A stretch of 47,554 nt of DNA, filler included, from Jimgerdemannia flammicorona (taxonomy: Eukaryota): NCBI GenBank assembly GCA_003990765.1. It is 2 parts of 2 records of this genome, joined end to end, with 100 filler letters (N's around TTAATTAATTAA, not from the genome) between each part and the next. Parts side by side here need not be neighbours in the genome. Positions count along the whole stretch, not along the records: positions 23,829 to 47,554 come from RBNJ01001073.1; 1 more part is not named here. The stretch is one strand, 5' to 3'. Below the pieces are notes generated by a model. It did not search any database, was not told where the DNA came from, and saw only the letters and a program-made list of their open reading frames with translations. A program made the translations under genes and the position numbers. Positions 35,301 to 46,514 of this stretch are shown here, piece after piece. How positions within the stretch are numbered: the stretch's first letter is position 1; each line of letters opens with the position of its first letter.

Positions 35301-38300
35301 AAGAGGGTGTCCCAGTTGATGTCTGATAGATAAGATTAAAGGAGACTGCTAGGATTTATTGGAAGGAGGCTAGCAAGGTAGCTGATAGGCAGAGGAGAAA
35401 GAGAGTGTCCTGGGCTTCTGCTAGATTAGCTAGACTTTTGAAAAATTGGACAGATCTTTTGGCCCTAGAGGGGGTGGAGGACTGGAGATTGATATGGGCT
35501 AAGCTAGAGGTTGCTGAGTTACAACAGATGTTGAGAGAGGAGAAGAAGTTACAGGTGTAGAGTTTGGCTGCTCAATTATACTGGCAGAGGCTGAAGGAGG
35601 AGGAGAGGCCCTCTAAGTATCTTTTGAGAATCCTTTGGACAAAGATAGTGAGGCAGAGATGAGAGAGGGTATTGAATTCAGATGGGCTACTGGTGTACAT
35701 ATGATCTACAGGATATTCTAGGCTCACTAAAGGAGAGGTGGAGTAGTTTGTAGAGTGAGGAGGAGGGTGGGGTAGATATTGCTATCATTGAACATGTTTT
35801 GGAGAATTAGTACCTACTGCAAGTAGATAGGTTGGGCAGCTTAGTGATACCTGTACAGAAGAAGAAGATTTACTAGGTTCTTGTCACAACTATACTAGAC
35901 ATAATACTAAGAGAGGATGGTCTGCTCTGGGACTTTTGAAAGAAGATGCTGGGAGTCTCTAGTGTGCTGGAAGAAATAATGATACTATATAACTTGGTAC
36001 TATAGTCAGAGAGATAGGTAGAGGAGTAAGATCTGGGACTAATAGTACTACTTTGTAAGAATAAGAGCAGGAGAGAGGACTGAAAGAACTTGTAGCCTAT
36101 TATGCTTCTGAATATGGACAGAAAGTTGATCACCAAGGTAGTGGTGGCAAGACTGCAGAAGGTAGTATAGCAAGTCTTGGATGAAGAGCAATAAGGCTTT
36201 ATAGGGGGCCAACTTATTAGAGATAGTATAGCTTGAGTATATAGAGTCATTGAAGAGACTCAAGCCTGTAAACTAGATGGGAGATTGGTCTTCTTAGATC
36301 AGGAGAAGATATATGATTGTATTTGGTAGGTCTGATTGACAAAGGTACTGGATAGGATTAGTATTCCTCAGCAGTTCCAAGTAGCAATGATCAGTCTACT
36401 GGAAGGAAGTAGAGTAGTGTTCATATATAATAGGCATCAAGGGGTAAAGAAAATCTGTAGGCAGAGTGGGGAGAGGATTGGAGTAGTGGATAGTAAGGTA
36501 GTATTCAAGTATAAGAGTATTGAGGGGGGCTCTACTATGGGGATTGGGTAGTGGGAGGTAATACTGTAATTATATTGATAGACTGGTAATAAATAGTAAA
36601 GTCTGAGTGACTATAAAAAAAAAAAAAAAAAAAAAAAAATGTACATCAAGGGGTGGTGTTTCCTCTAAATAGGAGTATTCCTCAGAGAGATCTACTGTCT
36701 CCTATTTTGTATACTTTATCCTTAGAGCTCTTGGTGGACAGGATTCAGTAGAAGGTAGTTGGGCTCTTAGTATTTGGAATTATGTGGAAAGTTGGAGTCT
36801 TTACAGATAATATGGTAGTTGGTCTGAGATTAGTTGCTGATATCAAGGAGCTTCAGAAAATAGTAGAGTAGTATGAGATATACTCTGGGACTAAACTCAA
36901 CTGGCATAAGTATGAAACAATAGTATTGGGCAATAGCCTAGTAAGAGGAGATGTTATTGGAACAATTGTCTCTACTAGAGAGACTGTGAGATATTTGGGC
37001 ATCTATCTTTCAGTATATGAGTCAGTTCTATTACAACCTTAGTGAGAACAGTGAGTGGCTATCTGGGGGGAGGCTCTGTGGAGTTGAAGAGGCCATTACT
37101 TATCTTTAGTAGGATATGTTTAAATTTTGAATATCTACTGACTGCCAAAGTTATAGTATTTAGCATATTATCTAGATTTTTCTATCTAAGTAGTAAAGAG
37201 ATTATTGAAGCTGGTCAAGAGTTGGATCTGGACTGAGAGGAGGAGTCAGATTAGTTAGGAAATCTTGTTATTACTGGTGGCTAGAGAAGGTCTGGAGCTG
37301 GTTGACTTCCCAAAGAGGCTATTTTGTCTATGAGTATAGTAGCTAAAGAGAGTGATAGAACTGAGGGATAATAGCTAGATCCCTCTAATGAAGAAGGTCT
37401 GGGAGATGAGATTCTCACCAAAAGGCTCTACAGGAGATCTACTGTCCTTAGTTGGACTTCAGAATAGTGGGCACATATAGTATAAGAGATTCTGGTAGAG
37501 AGTAGTTGATGGGACACACTATATTGGTATTTTCTGGTAGAGGGCTGAAGGAGAGATATCTTGGAGTCCAGTGATGTAGAGATAAGATCAAGTATTATTA
37601 GAGAGTACTCCCCTAATTGACTTCAATATTGGTAATGGGGTTGAGTACCAGAGAGAGTTGGAATAGGATGTTTGGCCTAGTAATTAGCAGGTGGGTATTG
37701 GAGAAGAGTAAAATTGAAATGAGGTCTGGGTCTGAAGTACAGAGGTATAGCTATAGCTGCCACCTAAGTATTGGATGTTTTGGTGGTGTATACTGCAGAG
37801 AAATTTCATACTCAACTTTCACTCAGACCATCTAGTGGAGGGGAGTAACTTTAATTATAAGAAGTATTATAATATAGGACAGGAAGGGGGATTTGTACAA
37901 ATGCCAGAATATTGGCTGGAAGAGTGTGAAGTACTGAGTGACTTTTGGTTAGTAGTTGGGAATCAGTTGGGTGTTGTGAGGAGGGGAGATAGTGAGAGGG
38001 GTTGATGGGAGGATCTGAGAGTTAGATTGGTAGGGGGGATTGAAAAGAAGTAGCTTACTTTGGATTGAGTTTTGGCTGTATGGGTGGGGCTGGTGAGACA
38101 CTGGTTATTTATTTTTGAGGAAGAGAGGTATTTGGGATTGGAGGAGCAGCTGTTGCAGTGGGAAGGGTTGATGGAGGACATCTTGATGGGCTGGTGGCTG
38201 AGATGGGGTCTATAGGGCAGTTGGAGATATTATTTGGTAGAGAAAATTTGTGAGCAAAGTGGAGAGAGGGTTGGGGTAGTGGGTGGTAAGGTGGTGTTCA

Positions 38301-38407
38301 AGCATGAAGGTGTGGGTGGAGGGCCCTCTAGGGGGATTGGGTAGTGGGAGGGAGTGCTGTATTTATATTTGATAGACTGGTAATAAATGGCAAAGTCCAA
38401 GTAACTA

Positions 38408-38482
<75 letters not shown>
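32365..38482 (+). mobile_element. Full-length, inactivated L1/Tx1-like LINE with poly(A) tail and 17-bp TSD
   Basis: TSD AAAGCAACACCATGGCA at 32348-32364 and 38483-38499; A-run 38411-38485. ORF1 remnants, APE (LGGDFNI, SDH) and RT (LLNMDRKLITKV, FLDQEK, FTDN<-FADD). Confidence 0.92.
36446..36637 (+). mobile_element. ~190-bp 5'-truncated copy of the same LINE family nested in the host RT
   Basis: Matches 38240-38410 plus poly(A). TSD AATAGGCATCAAGGGGT (36429-36445) / AATGTACATCAAGGGGT (36638-36654). Confidence 0.88.
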
Positions 38483-38486
<4 letters not shown>

Positions 38487-38493
38487 CAACACC

Positions 38494-39770
38494 ATGGCAA
38501 CTACACACATCTCATTATACCGTGCATTTTACACCATCCCAGCTGACGGCTGAAGCTTACCATCTCAGGCGCCAGTGCACACGCCCCCACCGTATTCTTG
38601 CAGCTAGCGCTCGGCCCACAGCCACCTTCCGGCCGGCGCACGTGACGACGAGATCCAGCAAGATGGTTCTCCGTGAAGGAGTCGACGTTCTTGCCAGCTG
38701 ACGAGTGCTGAGGGCTCAATCTCCCTCAGCATCCTACGGAAGAGAACACCGTTCAGCTACCCACGTTGGCACCTAAAATTATGAAGGCTCGCCGTCGGGG
38801 CCCAAAACATCTTTCTAATGGCGCGTCCCCGCGGCTATAAATCAGTGCTGCTACCTCGTCTCACAGTTCCACAGATTTCATACGTCGCGCCGTTGGATGC
38901 GTTCCGCCAAGATTTGTTTCCTGTCACTCTCAACGTGCCAATGGATGACAGATGTTCGGACGAGGTCGAAGAAATCTTTGGGGTCATGGATTGCGCTAAA
39001 TTCTCGGTGCCTATCGGAGATCCGAAACTTTATCGAGCTTTCAACTTGTCAAAGTATTCCCAAAATCTGCGAGGACGAATGTGCACCACAATCGCCCCTA
39101 CAGCCAACAATGCATCCTTACCAATTGGGGGGCAGAAACACACAAGCACCAAACCGGTGAAGTTTTTCTGGGATCAACATCGTTCTCAACTTCCATTACG
39201 TCGGAAATCGCGTCTTACAAGATCAAATTTCCTCGACGAATTCCCCGTTCAACAGAACATATTCTAATCACCGTAGCAGGCGAGATGATAAATCCTGACG
39301 TAGCCGTCGGATCCGCAGACATCAGTTTCGAGGGCTATGACTAGCAAGATCGTTCCTCCTCATAAAACATTCAGGGATGGTATACAGTCGGGAGGAAAAC
39401 TTTGTGTGCCGTGCAAATTTTTTTGCTGAAGATGCCTCAACTGTCTTCACCGGCAGCCTAGGCGCTTCATTTAAAGCTTCAGCAGCCATCACAACGGTAC
39501 AAGAAGGAAACATAGGCAACCCGACGAGCAATTGCCAATAAAATTGCTCATTACCACCGGTTCTTGGCTTTGCCCTCTCTGCCACACCGGCTTACTGCAA
39601 GAGATCCTGGATAACAAAGAAGCCCCCGCGTTTCTACCTCCACGTGGCGAATGTGGATGGAGAGGCACCGAATTAACAGCCAAGATGTCAAATGATCCAC
39701 CACCAATAAGATCCGCTTTCCTGGCAAGTACTGCCCCCTTTGAGGCCTCAGCCCATTATCCATATGTATG
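38494..39770 (+). pseudogene. Possible fragmented gene of unknown function immediately downstream of the LINE insertion
   Basis: Coding-like GC-rich composition with overlapping + strand ORFs (38818-39267, 39081-39344, 39532-39882). No recognisable domain. Confidence 0.3.
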
Positions 39771-40294
39771 TAGAACGGTGGTATCTTGCACTATACGGCA
39801 CTTTAAAACTCAGAGGATACAATATTGTTTCTTCCTCATCGATTTTCTTGCCCAACCCTCCTCCATTCCTTGTCGATACTGACTAACCGAGCGCATTACA
39901 TGCATTAGGACCAAATAAACGTTAAATCTATTCGCTATATATCACAGCGGATATTACAAAACGATACCATTGAGTTTCATTCAACACGGTTGCATCAATG
40001 GTTTCAAAACAAAAAACAAAAAACAATAAATAAAAATAAAATCACCGGATCCCAATGGCTTCAATTTGCACAAGTGATGTGCCTCATACAGCACACCAGC
40101 ATTTGAGCATAGGTCACTAGACGTATTTCATGGATCCTTTTTTTCACCAATGAGTTTTGTTTATTTGGGCGCCTTTTAGGTTTACAACGTTTGGCAACCA
40201 CTCACGATCATGTAACAATTTCTAATATTTAAAAAAAGGACCTAATCGTTTTAAATAAAAATGATAACAAAAAAAAACCCCCCAAAACAAAACA

Positions 40295-40900
40295 TCATCC
40301 AAGCAAGACTTGAAGATTGGTGTAAGAAAAATTGGCGACATTCTGCTGGCCAGCGTCGCTAGGGTGAGGTCCGGCGCCCTCGAGGTAGTCTGTGGCATTG
40401 AGCCATCCGGTGATTTCGGCGAAAGTGAGTGCGTTGTCGTCGGCGGTGTTGCGCCTGGCAACGGAGGCGACGATTTCGGTCTTGTAGTAGCCGCAGAATG
40501 TGCGCAAGCGGATACTTGGCGCAGATGCCGGTGAGGAACGTCGTGAGGGTCGACTGGAAGAGCGCGCTCGGGGCTGGGTCATGGCCGCGGTCGTTTTGGC
40601 CTGCGGGAATAATGGGGGATGGAGTGGTTGGGTTAGCGATATGTTGTGATTCTCGGGCTTGGGTATCGTTTGCGATGGATGCCATTCTTACCAATCATGA
40701 TGGACACAGCTTCCGCTTTGTATTTGCTAAAGTCCCACTGGCCGGCGTGCAAAACAGAGCATTGCAGAAGCTAAGGTACTGACTTGATATTCGGATCGGT
40801 CGGCGATCCATCTCCATTCGCCCTTCGAGCAAGCGCGAAGCGGAGACAATGGTCGCGAAGGCCGTCGCCAGGATGGCTAGAGTGGGATATTGAAGAGCAT
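40295..40900 (-). pseudogene. Pseudogene of a secreted SGNH/GDSL esterase (CE2-like), internally deleted and frameshifted, one intron (40601-40691)
   Basis: Signal-peptide-like TLAILATAFATIVSAS. WDFSKYKAEAVSIMIG|QND (block III GxND, split by a GTAAG...GCTAAC...CAG intron). GPHPSDAGQQNVA (block V HP). Block I GDS not found. Confidence 0.7.
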
Positions 40901-43589
40901 GACCAACGATGTTGGAGAGGTTCTGATATGATGAGTCGGTGATTTCAAGCTGAACAAAACGATGTTTCGACGATCGAAACATGGCTCTTCGGGGAGGGCC
41001 CGATCGAGTATAGGCGGGTTCTTGTCAATTCTTGATGGTGCAACACGGACAGATGGTCGATCGTAAGTCGAGACAGTCTCCGTCAAACGCTACAACGTTG
41101 TTAATTACGGGGTGGGATCTCCAACTATGCATCCTTGGATAGACTTAGGCCGAAGTCATTTCCAAATCAGTGTGCGCGATCGTCCAAAGGAAATTAATTT
41201 ACGAAAGAATCCCCTAAAGTCCAAATCTCCTTAAGGAAGCAATGAGCTTTTCATGACCAAGCGGTTATTTTCGAATATACTCTGTCCTAACGAATAGCAG
41301 CCCATGGTTAGGTATAGGTTTTCTGAGATCACATTGCAAGATCGCCTCAGAGGAAATACTACGGAAACGGGGCCGAGCCACCAAGGGAAAATTATGCGTA
41401 GTGTCATAAGGATGCTTAAGATTTGAACGTAATTTATTTTTTCGGTGCGCTATCTACTGTCACCACGTGTGCTATAAATCGTATGCACATTCAGTAGACC
41501 ATGAGAAAGTGAAGATACTCACGCAAAGAATACTTTGTAAGGAGCCTTAGATTCGCTATGGTGAAAACACAGATCCTGTTGTTGTGGCGAGAGAAAGCCC
41601 TAATTTCGGAGAATAGATAACCACAGACAACCTTTGCCCATATGTGGGTAGATAAAAAAAAATAAAAAACAGTGGGGTCGTGTGCGCGTCGGAGAGGTGG
41701 GAGAAGATGCAGAGACTAATATGAGGGAATCCGTCACCAGTGGGAAAATGCGAGTGCCTCAATATCTAAGCAGCATTTTAAAAAATAAAATAAAATAAAA
41801 TGGAGGTGGATGTTGTGGTCTCGAGAGTGAAGTGATACTCAATATACCGACTATTAAGCTCACGCGCTATGTGCACGCGCGGTTAGAGAGGGTACGCGAT
41901 ATCGGACTATGCGATGCACATCCTATGTGACGAGGCACGCTTCGTTCCAAATCGAGCGAATTGATGGGATGTCCCTCATTGTTATACAAAACCGGTAATC
42001 CCCCGCCGATGCCGGGCTTTGTGAATGCAGGGTCTGGGCTCTAATTCTCATCGATATTTTAATACAAGCCATTTTCTTGTTTAATCGAGTTGTACCAGCT
42101 AGAGGAAACTGTTTGTGGCACCGAAAAAATTATCGTGTCTGGATTGTGCGCAAGACGTCAGTCGACACGGCCGGCCGATTCTGGTAAGGACCTTGGTAAC
42201 GTAGCCTTGAATCCTCACTGGTTGGGATACGATCCTATTCCATACATGATTAAACGTATAGACGAATCAGTAAACATCAATTGATCCTGAACCTCTCTAC
42301 TTCTAAAATTTGGGCACCGTTTCCTTATCATAAAGCACCGGTATGACGAGAGAATTTCGTTGGCGAACTCTTATTGCTGTTTTATTCTCTTCTGCTTTTT
42401 CTTCTCTGGATTCCCGCGATCTGTTGTTTGCCGGCCGAACTGAAGCGACACGATCGTCGGTATTCCACGAAGGAACCAACCAACCAACCATCATACGCGC
42501 ATCCAACCACTTGCAGATGGTTACACGTGTATTATGGTTTAACTTGGAAACGAGATGACCTAAAAATCTTAAAATTCAAACCCTAAAATCCCTTGATCGG
42601 CAGCATGGATGTAACTCCATTCCAGTTGTTGCTATCCCTAATCAAACAAGGTTCCAGCCGAAACCATTTCGGTGAGTAATTACGAATTGGGCAGGCACAT
42701 CCATGTGCTGCTACTTGCCGTAGATCAGCTGTATGAAATTCGCACCACCTTATTGTCAATCGTGCATCGCTGCTCTGAGTTTCGGAAATCGTGCATAAAT
42801 CACTGCCAATTGCACAGTTCGGATGATGCCGCATGACCTATCTGTGTGTGAGTGAGAGCGGGCAGCACTTGATTATCACGTAACCCTTAATGTGCCGCTT
42901 ATATATATTAAAGTGTTCTTCGAAAATGTAACGCGCATAAGAAAGGGACAACGAAAAAAACCAACGCTAAATCGACATTCTCGGTTCAGTGATGTTCGAT
43001 TTCAGTAAGCAAGTCCTTGGCCGGAAAACTAGTAATCGGAACCATCTGTATCAAATTCATCTGCAAAACACGAGCATTTGGATTCGTGAGGGTCGGAAAT
43101 TTTAATGCATTGGCCTTGAGCGCAAACCTATGTCAGAATTATTGTTAACAGTGTGCATCGCGACTAGGTGAAGTGCATTGTTTGTGTGCGCATAATACAA
43201 TCGCGAAGTTGAACTGGTTCGAGAATCTTGCGAAACATTATGGTCAACGCCAACTTACGTAAGGTATCCTTGCGCTAAGCAGTAGGGTCGACTTTGTAGG
43301 ACGCCATTTGGATCCTATACTGCACTCGGAAGATCCCAATTTCAAGTGTGTAAGCATTAGCAATTTAAGGAAGTTTATTGTGTTTAGGCATAGAATTGCT
43401 ACCACCAATGCGAGCAATGGAGTAATGTATTTGTGTTTGTCAAATAGCGGGATGAGAGCAAGAAAATGGGTGGCGCAAAGCAAAACTTGGATTATAGTGA
43501 TTTATTGTTCGCTATGGCCAGCATTGTCGACCGATTAAACAAGCTTGTTAGATTGCTGATGCCCTCGATACCATAGAAACCAAACTCCG

Positions 43590-43603
43590 CGATGACGTCA
43601 TCG
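43590..43603. promoter_or_regulatory. 14-bp perfect palindrome containing a CRE/ATF site (CGATGACGTCATCG)
   Basis: TGACGTCA core ~65 bp upstream of the F-box ATG at 43666. Confidence 0.45.
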
Positions 43604-43665
43604 TCACTAATGATCATGAATTATGCGTCCTAGTTACCATCAGCCCCATCAGCCACCACGTCGTC

Positions 43666-44538
43666 ATGTCCTCCCTCGTCTCGTTCGCACGAGACTTACA
43701 AGGTCTCCTTGCCGGTACCGCCATCCCATTTCGAACCCCGAAAAACATCATCGCCCCACCCAACGCAACACCCATCCCAGATGCCACCGAGTCAGCAAAT
43801 TATCCCCGAGCAGTATCACTCCCGCCCGAGATCATCCGCCTCATCCTCTCCCACCTCGGAAGGCACGGCGACATCCGTAAGGTGGATTGGTTACAAGCCC
43901 TGACTTTCTCGCTCGTCTGCACAGCCTGGTACAACGAGGCGCGCGCCTTGCTCCCAGACTCCCAATTCCACACCCTATCACTCCACCGCCTCGACCCGGC
44001 CAACGAAAACCACCCGACGGACCTTCCACGGTTCTCAAGGCTTCTCTCGCTCTCGCACGCTCTGGGACTCCCATACGCGGGGCTAATCGAGCACGCCGAG
44101 CTCTACATGACCCAGCTGTTGGTGCTATACGAATTCGGGCCCGGTGGCGAGGTGTTTCTGTATGATCGGGACATCGAGGACGCCGTCGTGACAGTGTTAC
44201 GGCTGGCGGCGCCCACGCTATGCTCGCTGACCGTGCGAGTCGATTCGTATGAGCGGGCACCGGCGGCGCCGTTCCGACGCATGTTCACGCGAATTGCCTC
44301 TGACTTGTTCCCGCGTATCGGGAGGCTGAGGCTACGTGGCTTGTATGCTTATAGCGGGTGCGTGAAACAAGAGATGCCAGAAGTGGCGGATTTCGTGGCG
44401 CGACTGGCGGGGAAGGTCGAGGTCGTGGAGTTAGAGCGTGTGTGGGTTAGTAGGAGGCTGAATCGGGCTCTTAGAAGGTGCGAGGCGAAGGGGGCTTCTG
44501 TGGTTGTGAACACGTGGATGGGCGAAGTTCCGTTTTGA
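43666..44538 (+). CDS. F-box-like protein, 290 aa, intronless
   Basis: SLPPEIIRLILSHL...FSLVCTAWYNEARALL F-box. Degenerate LRR-like C-terminus (LCSLTV, IGRLRLRG). Confidence 0.8.
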   Translation: MSSLVSFARDLQGLLAGTAIPFRTPKNIIAPPNATPIPDATESANYPRAVSLPPEIIRLILSHLGRHGDIRKVDWLQALTFSLVCTAWYNEARALLPDSQFHTLSLHRLDPANENHPTDLPRFSRLLSLSHALGLPYAGLIEHAELYMTQLLVLYEFGPGGEVFLYDRDIEDAVVTVLRLAAPTLCSLTVRVDSYERAPAAPFRRMFTRIASDLFPRIGRLRLRGLYAYSGCVKQEMPEVADFVARLAGKVEVVELERVWVSRRLNRALRRCEAKGASVVVNTWMGEVPF

Positions 44539-44908
44539 AGTGTTTGTGTGCGGGGGCCTTGCCTTCGCGTTTGACAATTATCGGCTGGTCGTTTGTTGCT
44601 GAATTCAATGAAACGTTATTGCGGACACCCATTATTGTAGCCTCACTACAATGATAATCTCATTTCGATTTGATGTCTTTGTTTAGGGGGTTTAGTGGGA
44701 CGAATTTTCATGCAACTCTCTTCACGGCCCAAACGCGTTGCTAAAATAACGAACCGCTTGCCGGATGTCATAATACGAAGCGTACGTCGAACTAGCGCCT
44801 AGCATCCGTAATCTCATAGTTTTGTCGAGGATCACGTAGCTAACAAACAAACAAGATAGCGCACTTGCCCTTACACGAATATTTCGCTCCCCCGTCAGCC
44901 AGTTAAAG

Positions 44909-44955
44909 CCGCCCATCGGATTACGTCCCGCCCATCGGATTACGTCCCGCCCATC
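44909..44955. repeat. 19-bp tandem repeat x2.5 (CCGCCCATCGGATTACGTC) upstream of the arrestin gene
   Basis: Direct reading. Confidence 0.9.
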
Positions 44956-45284
44956 AGGCCCGGAGAGCGTTCGGATTATAGCCATAAGCAAGCACATACA
45001 CACACCAGTAGGCGCCTGTTACATGTGGATCGGTGCGTTATTAAATTTCCCGGCACGATTGCCTGTTGGCGCGAGGTGCATGCCCCCGGGTGGTCATGCG
45101 ATGCCCAGAAAGGGAGTCGGAGATGGGACCCGATCGGGGCTCGTGCGACCAGTCACGTTACACGCCGGGAAATGGGCAATGAGCGCGACGACACGTGGCT
45201 GGACCCTTGCCCTCCCCTCCCAACATATATATCTCCAATCCTGTCTTTACTCCAACATCAACCCTCTAAACCGCCCCGCTCGAA

Positions 45285-46514
45285 ATGAGGGAAATCATTG
45301 CCGTAGACGTCCTCCCCTCCGTCGATGCCATTGAACTCCTCGGCCCTGGATCCGCCATGACCGGCGCCCGCACCTACACGCTACGCGGGACGGTGCGTGT
45401 GGTGCTCTCGTCGACACTGAAGATTAAGCGTCTGGATCTCAAGTTCTCAGGTGTGAACCGGCTGTTCACGGGCATGTTCCCTGAACTGTGCCGGGAGGAG
45501 CAGGAGGGGAGCGTGTTTGTGTTCGGCAGCGGCGTGGTCGAGATGACGGTGCGCGCGGGGCGAACGACCGTCCAGTCCGCAACAACGCTCGCGGCAGGTG
45601 TGACGGATCTGCCGTTCACGATGGAGATCGAAGCTGGTATCCCTCCATCCTATAATATTGAGATGGCGTCGCTCGAGTACGCCCTCACCGCTATTGTCAT
45701 ACCGGCAGCGATGCTCGCAAAATCTGATAGGTTTAAAAAAGTGGTTGCAGTGAGGAGGCATTTGATGCCTGGAGTTGTCGGCGCGGAATTTAGTGAACTG
45801 AGGGGGCAGTTTGGCGGGAGGAAGGAAGGGGTCGTTCAGTGGCAGGTGGACGTGCCCAAGGTGATTTGCGTGGACCAGGAGAATGCGACGGTGTTTGTCA
45901 AGTTGGATATTTTGGCATATCACGGGCGGCCAAGAGAAGTAACTGTCGTGTTGGAGCAGTTGATTGATTGCAGGTAAGATGCGCTTTTGTGTGTTCCACT
46001 TTACACTCCTTCGCACCGTATCTCCCGAATACTTAATTTTTCTCTCCCATTCAGAATTTCCTGCAAAGACAAACCGCGTCCAACACCTCCAACTCCCACC
46101 CTCTCTAACAAACACACCACCACCATCAGCACGACCTCACGCACGCTCCCTTGCATCGCCTGGCCTGCCCTCGGGCCGACCAACATCACAATTCCTCTCA
46201 GCCTCCCAGAGCGCCTACACCCGGATATGACAAGCCCGCTAGCGGATCTACGGCACCGGCTTCGAATCACCGTGGCCTTCGTCGATTCGTCCAAGAGCGA
46301 CGTCATCGTCGTCTTCCCCGTCACAGCCACCACTGTGCCTGCCTTACCACCCGCACTAGGGCCACCCAGGATTGAGGGCGAAGGGAACGATGGGGATGGG
46401 GAGGCGCCGGAGCATGTGATAGTCGAGTTCGATATCGGCGCATTGCCGACATATCAGACCGTGTTGCAGGATCCGGTTATGGAATATCGGCTGTTACCGT
46501 CTGTTTGTGGGTGA
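45285..46514 (+). CDS. Alpha-arrestin-like protein, two exons (45285-45973, 46055-46514), 382 aa
   Basis: Arrestin-N pattern LRGTVRVVL...IKRLDLKFSG...LPFTMEI..IPPSY...LEYALTA. GTAAG...TACTTAAT...CAG intron restores the frame. Arrestin-C LRHRLRITVAF and C-terminal LPTY motif. Confidence 0.85.

Noticed and set aside
38230..38510. Poly-Phe ORFs on the minus strand (also 29264-29485)
   Set aside because: They are translations of poly(A) tails.
41000..43560. Short ORFs in the intergenic region
   Set aside because: No recognisable motifs, consistent splice structure or coding bias.
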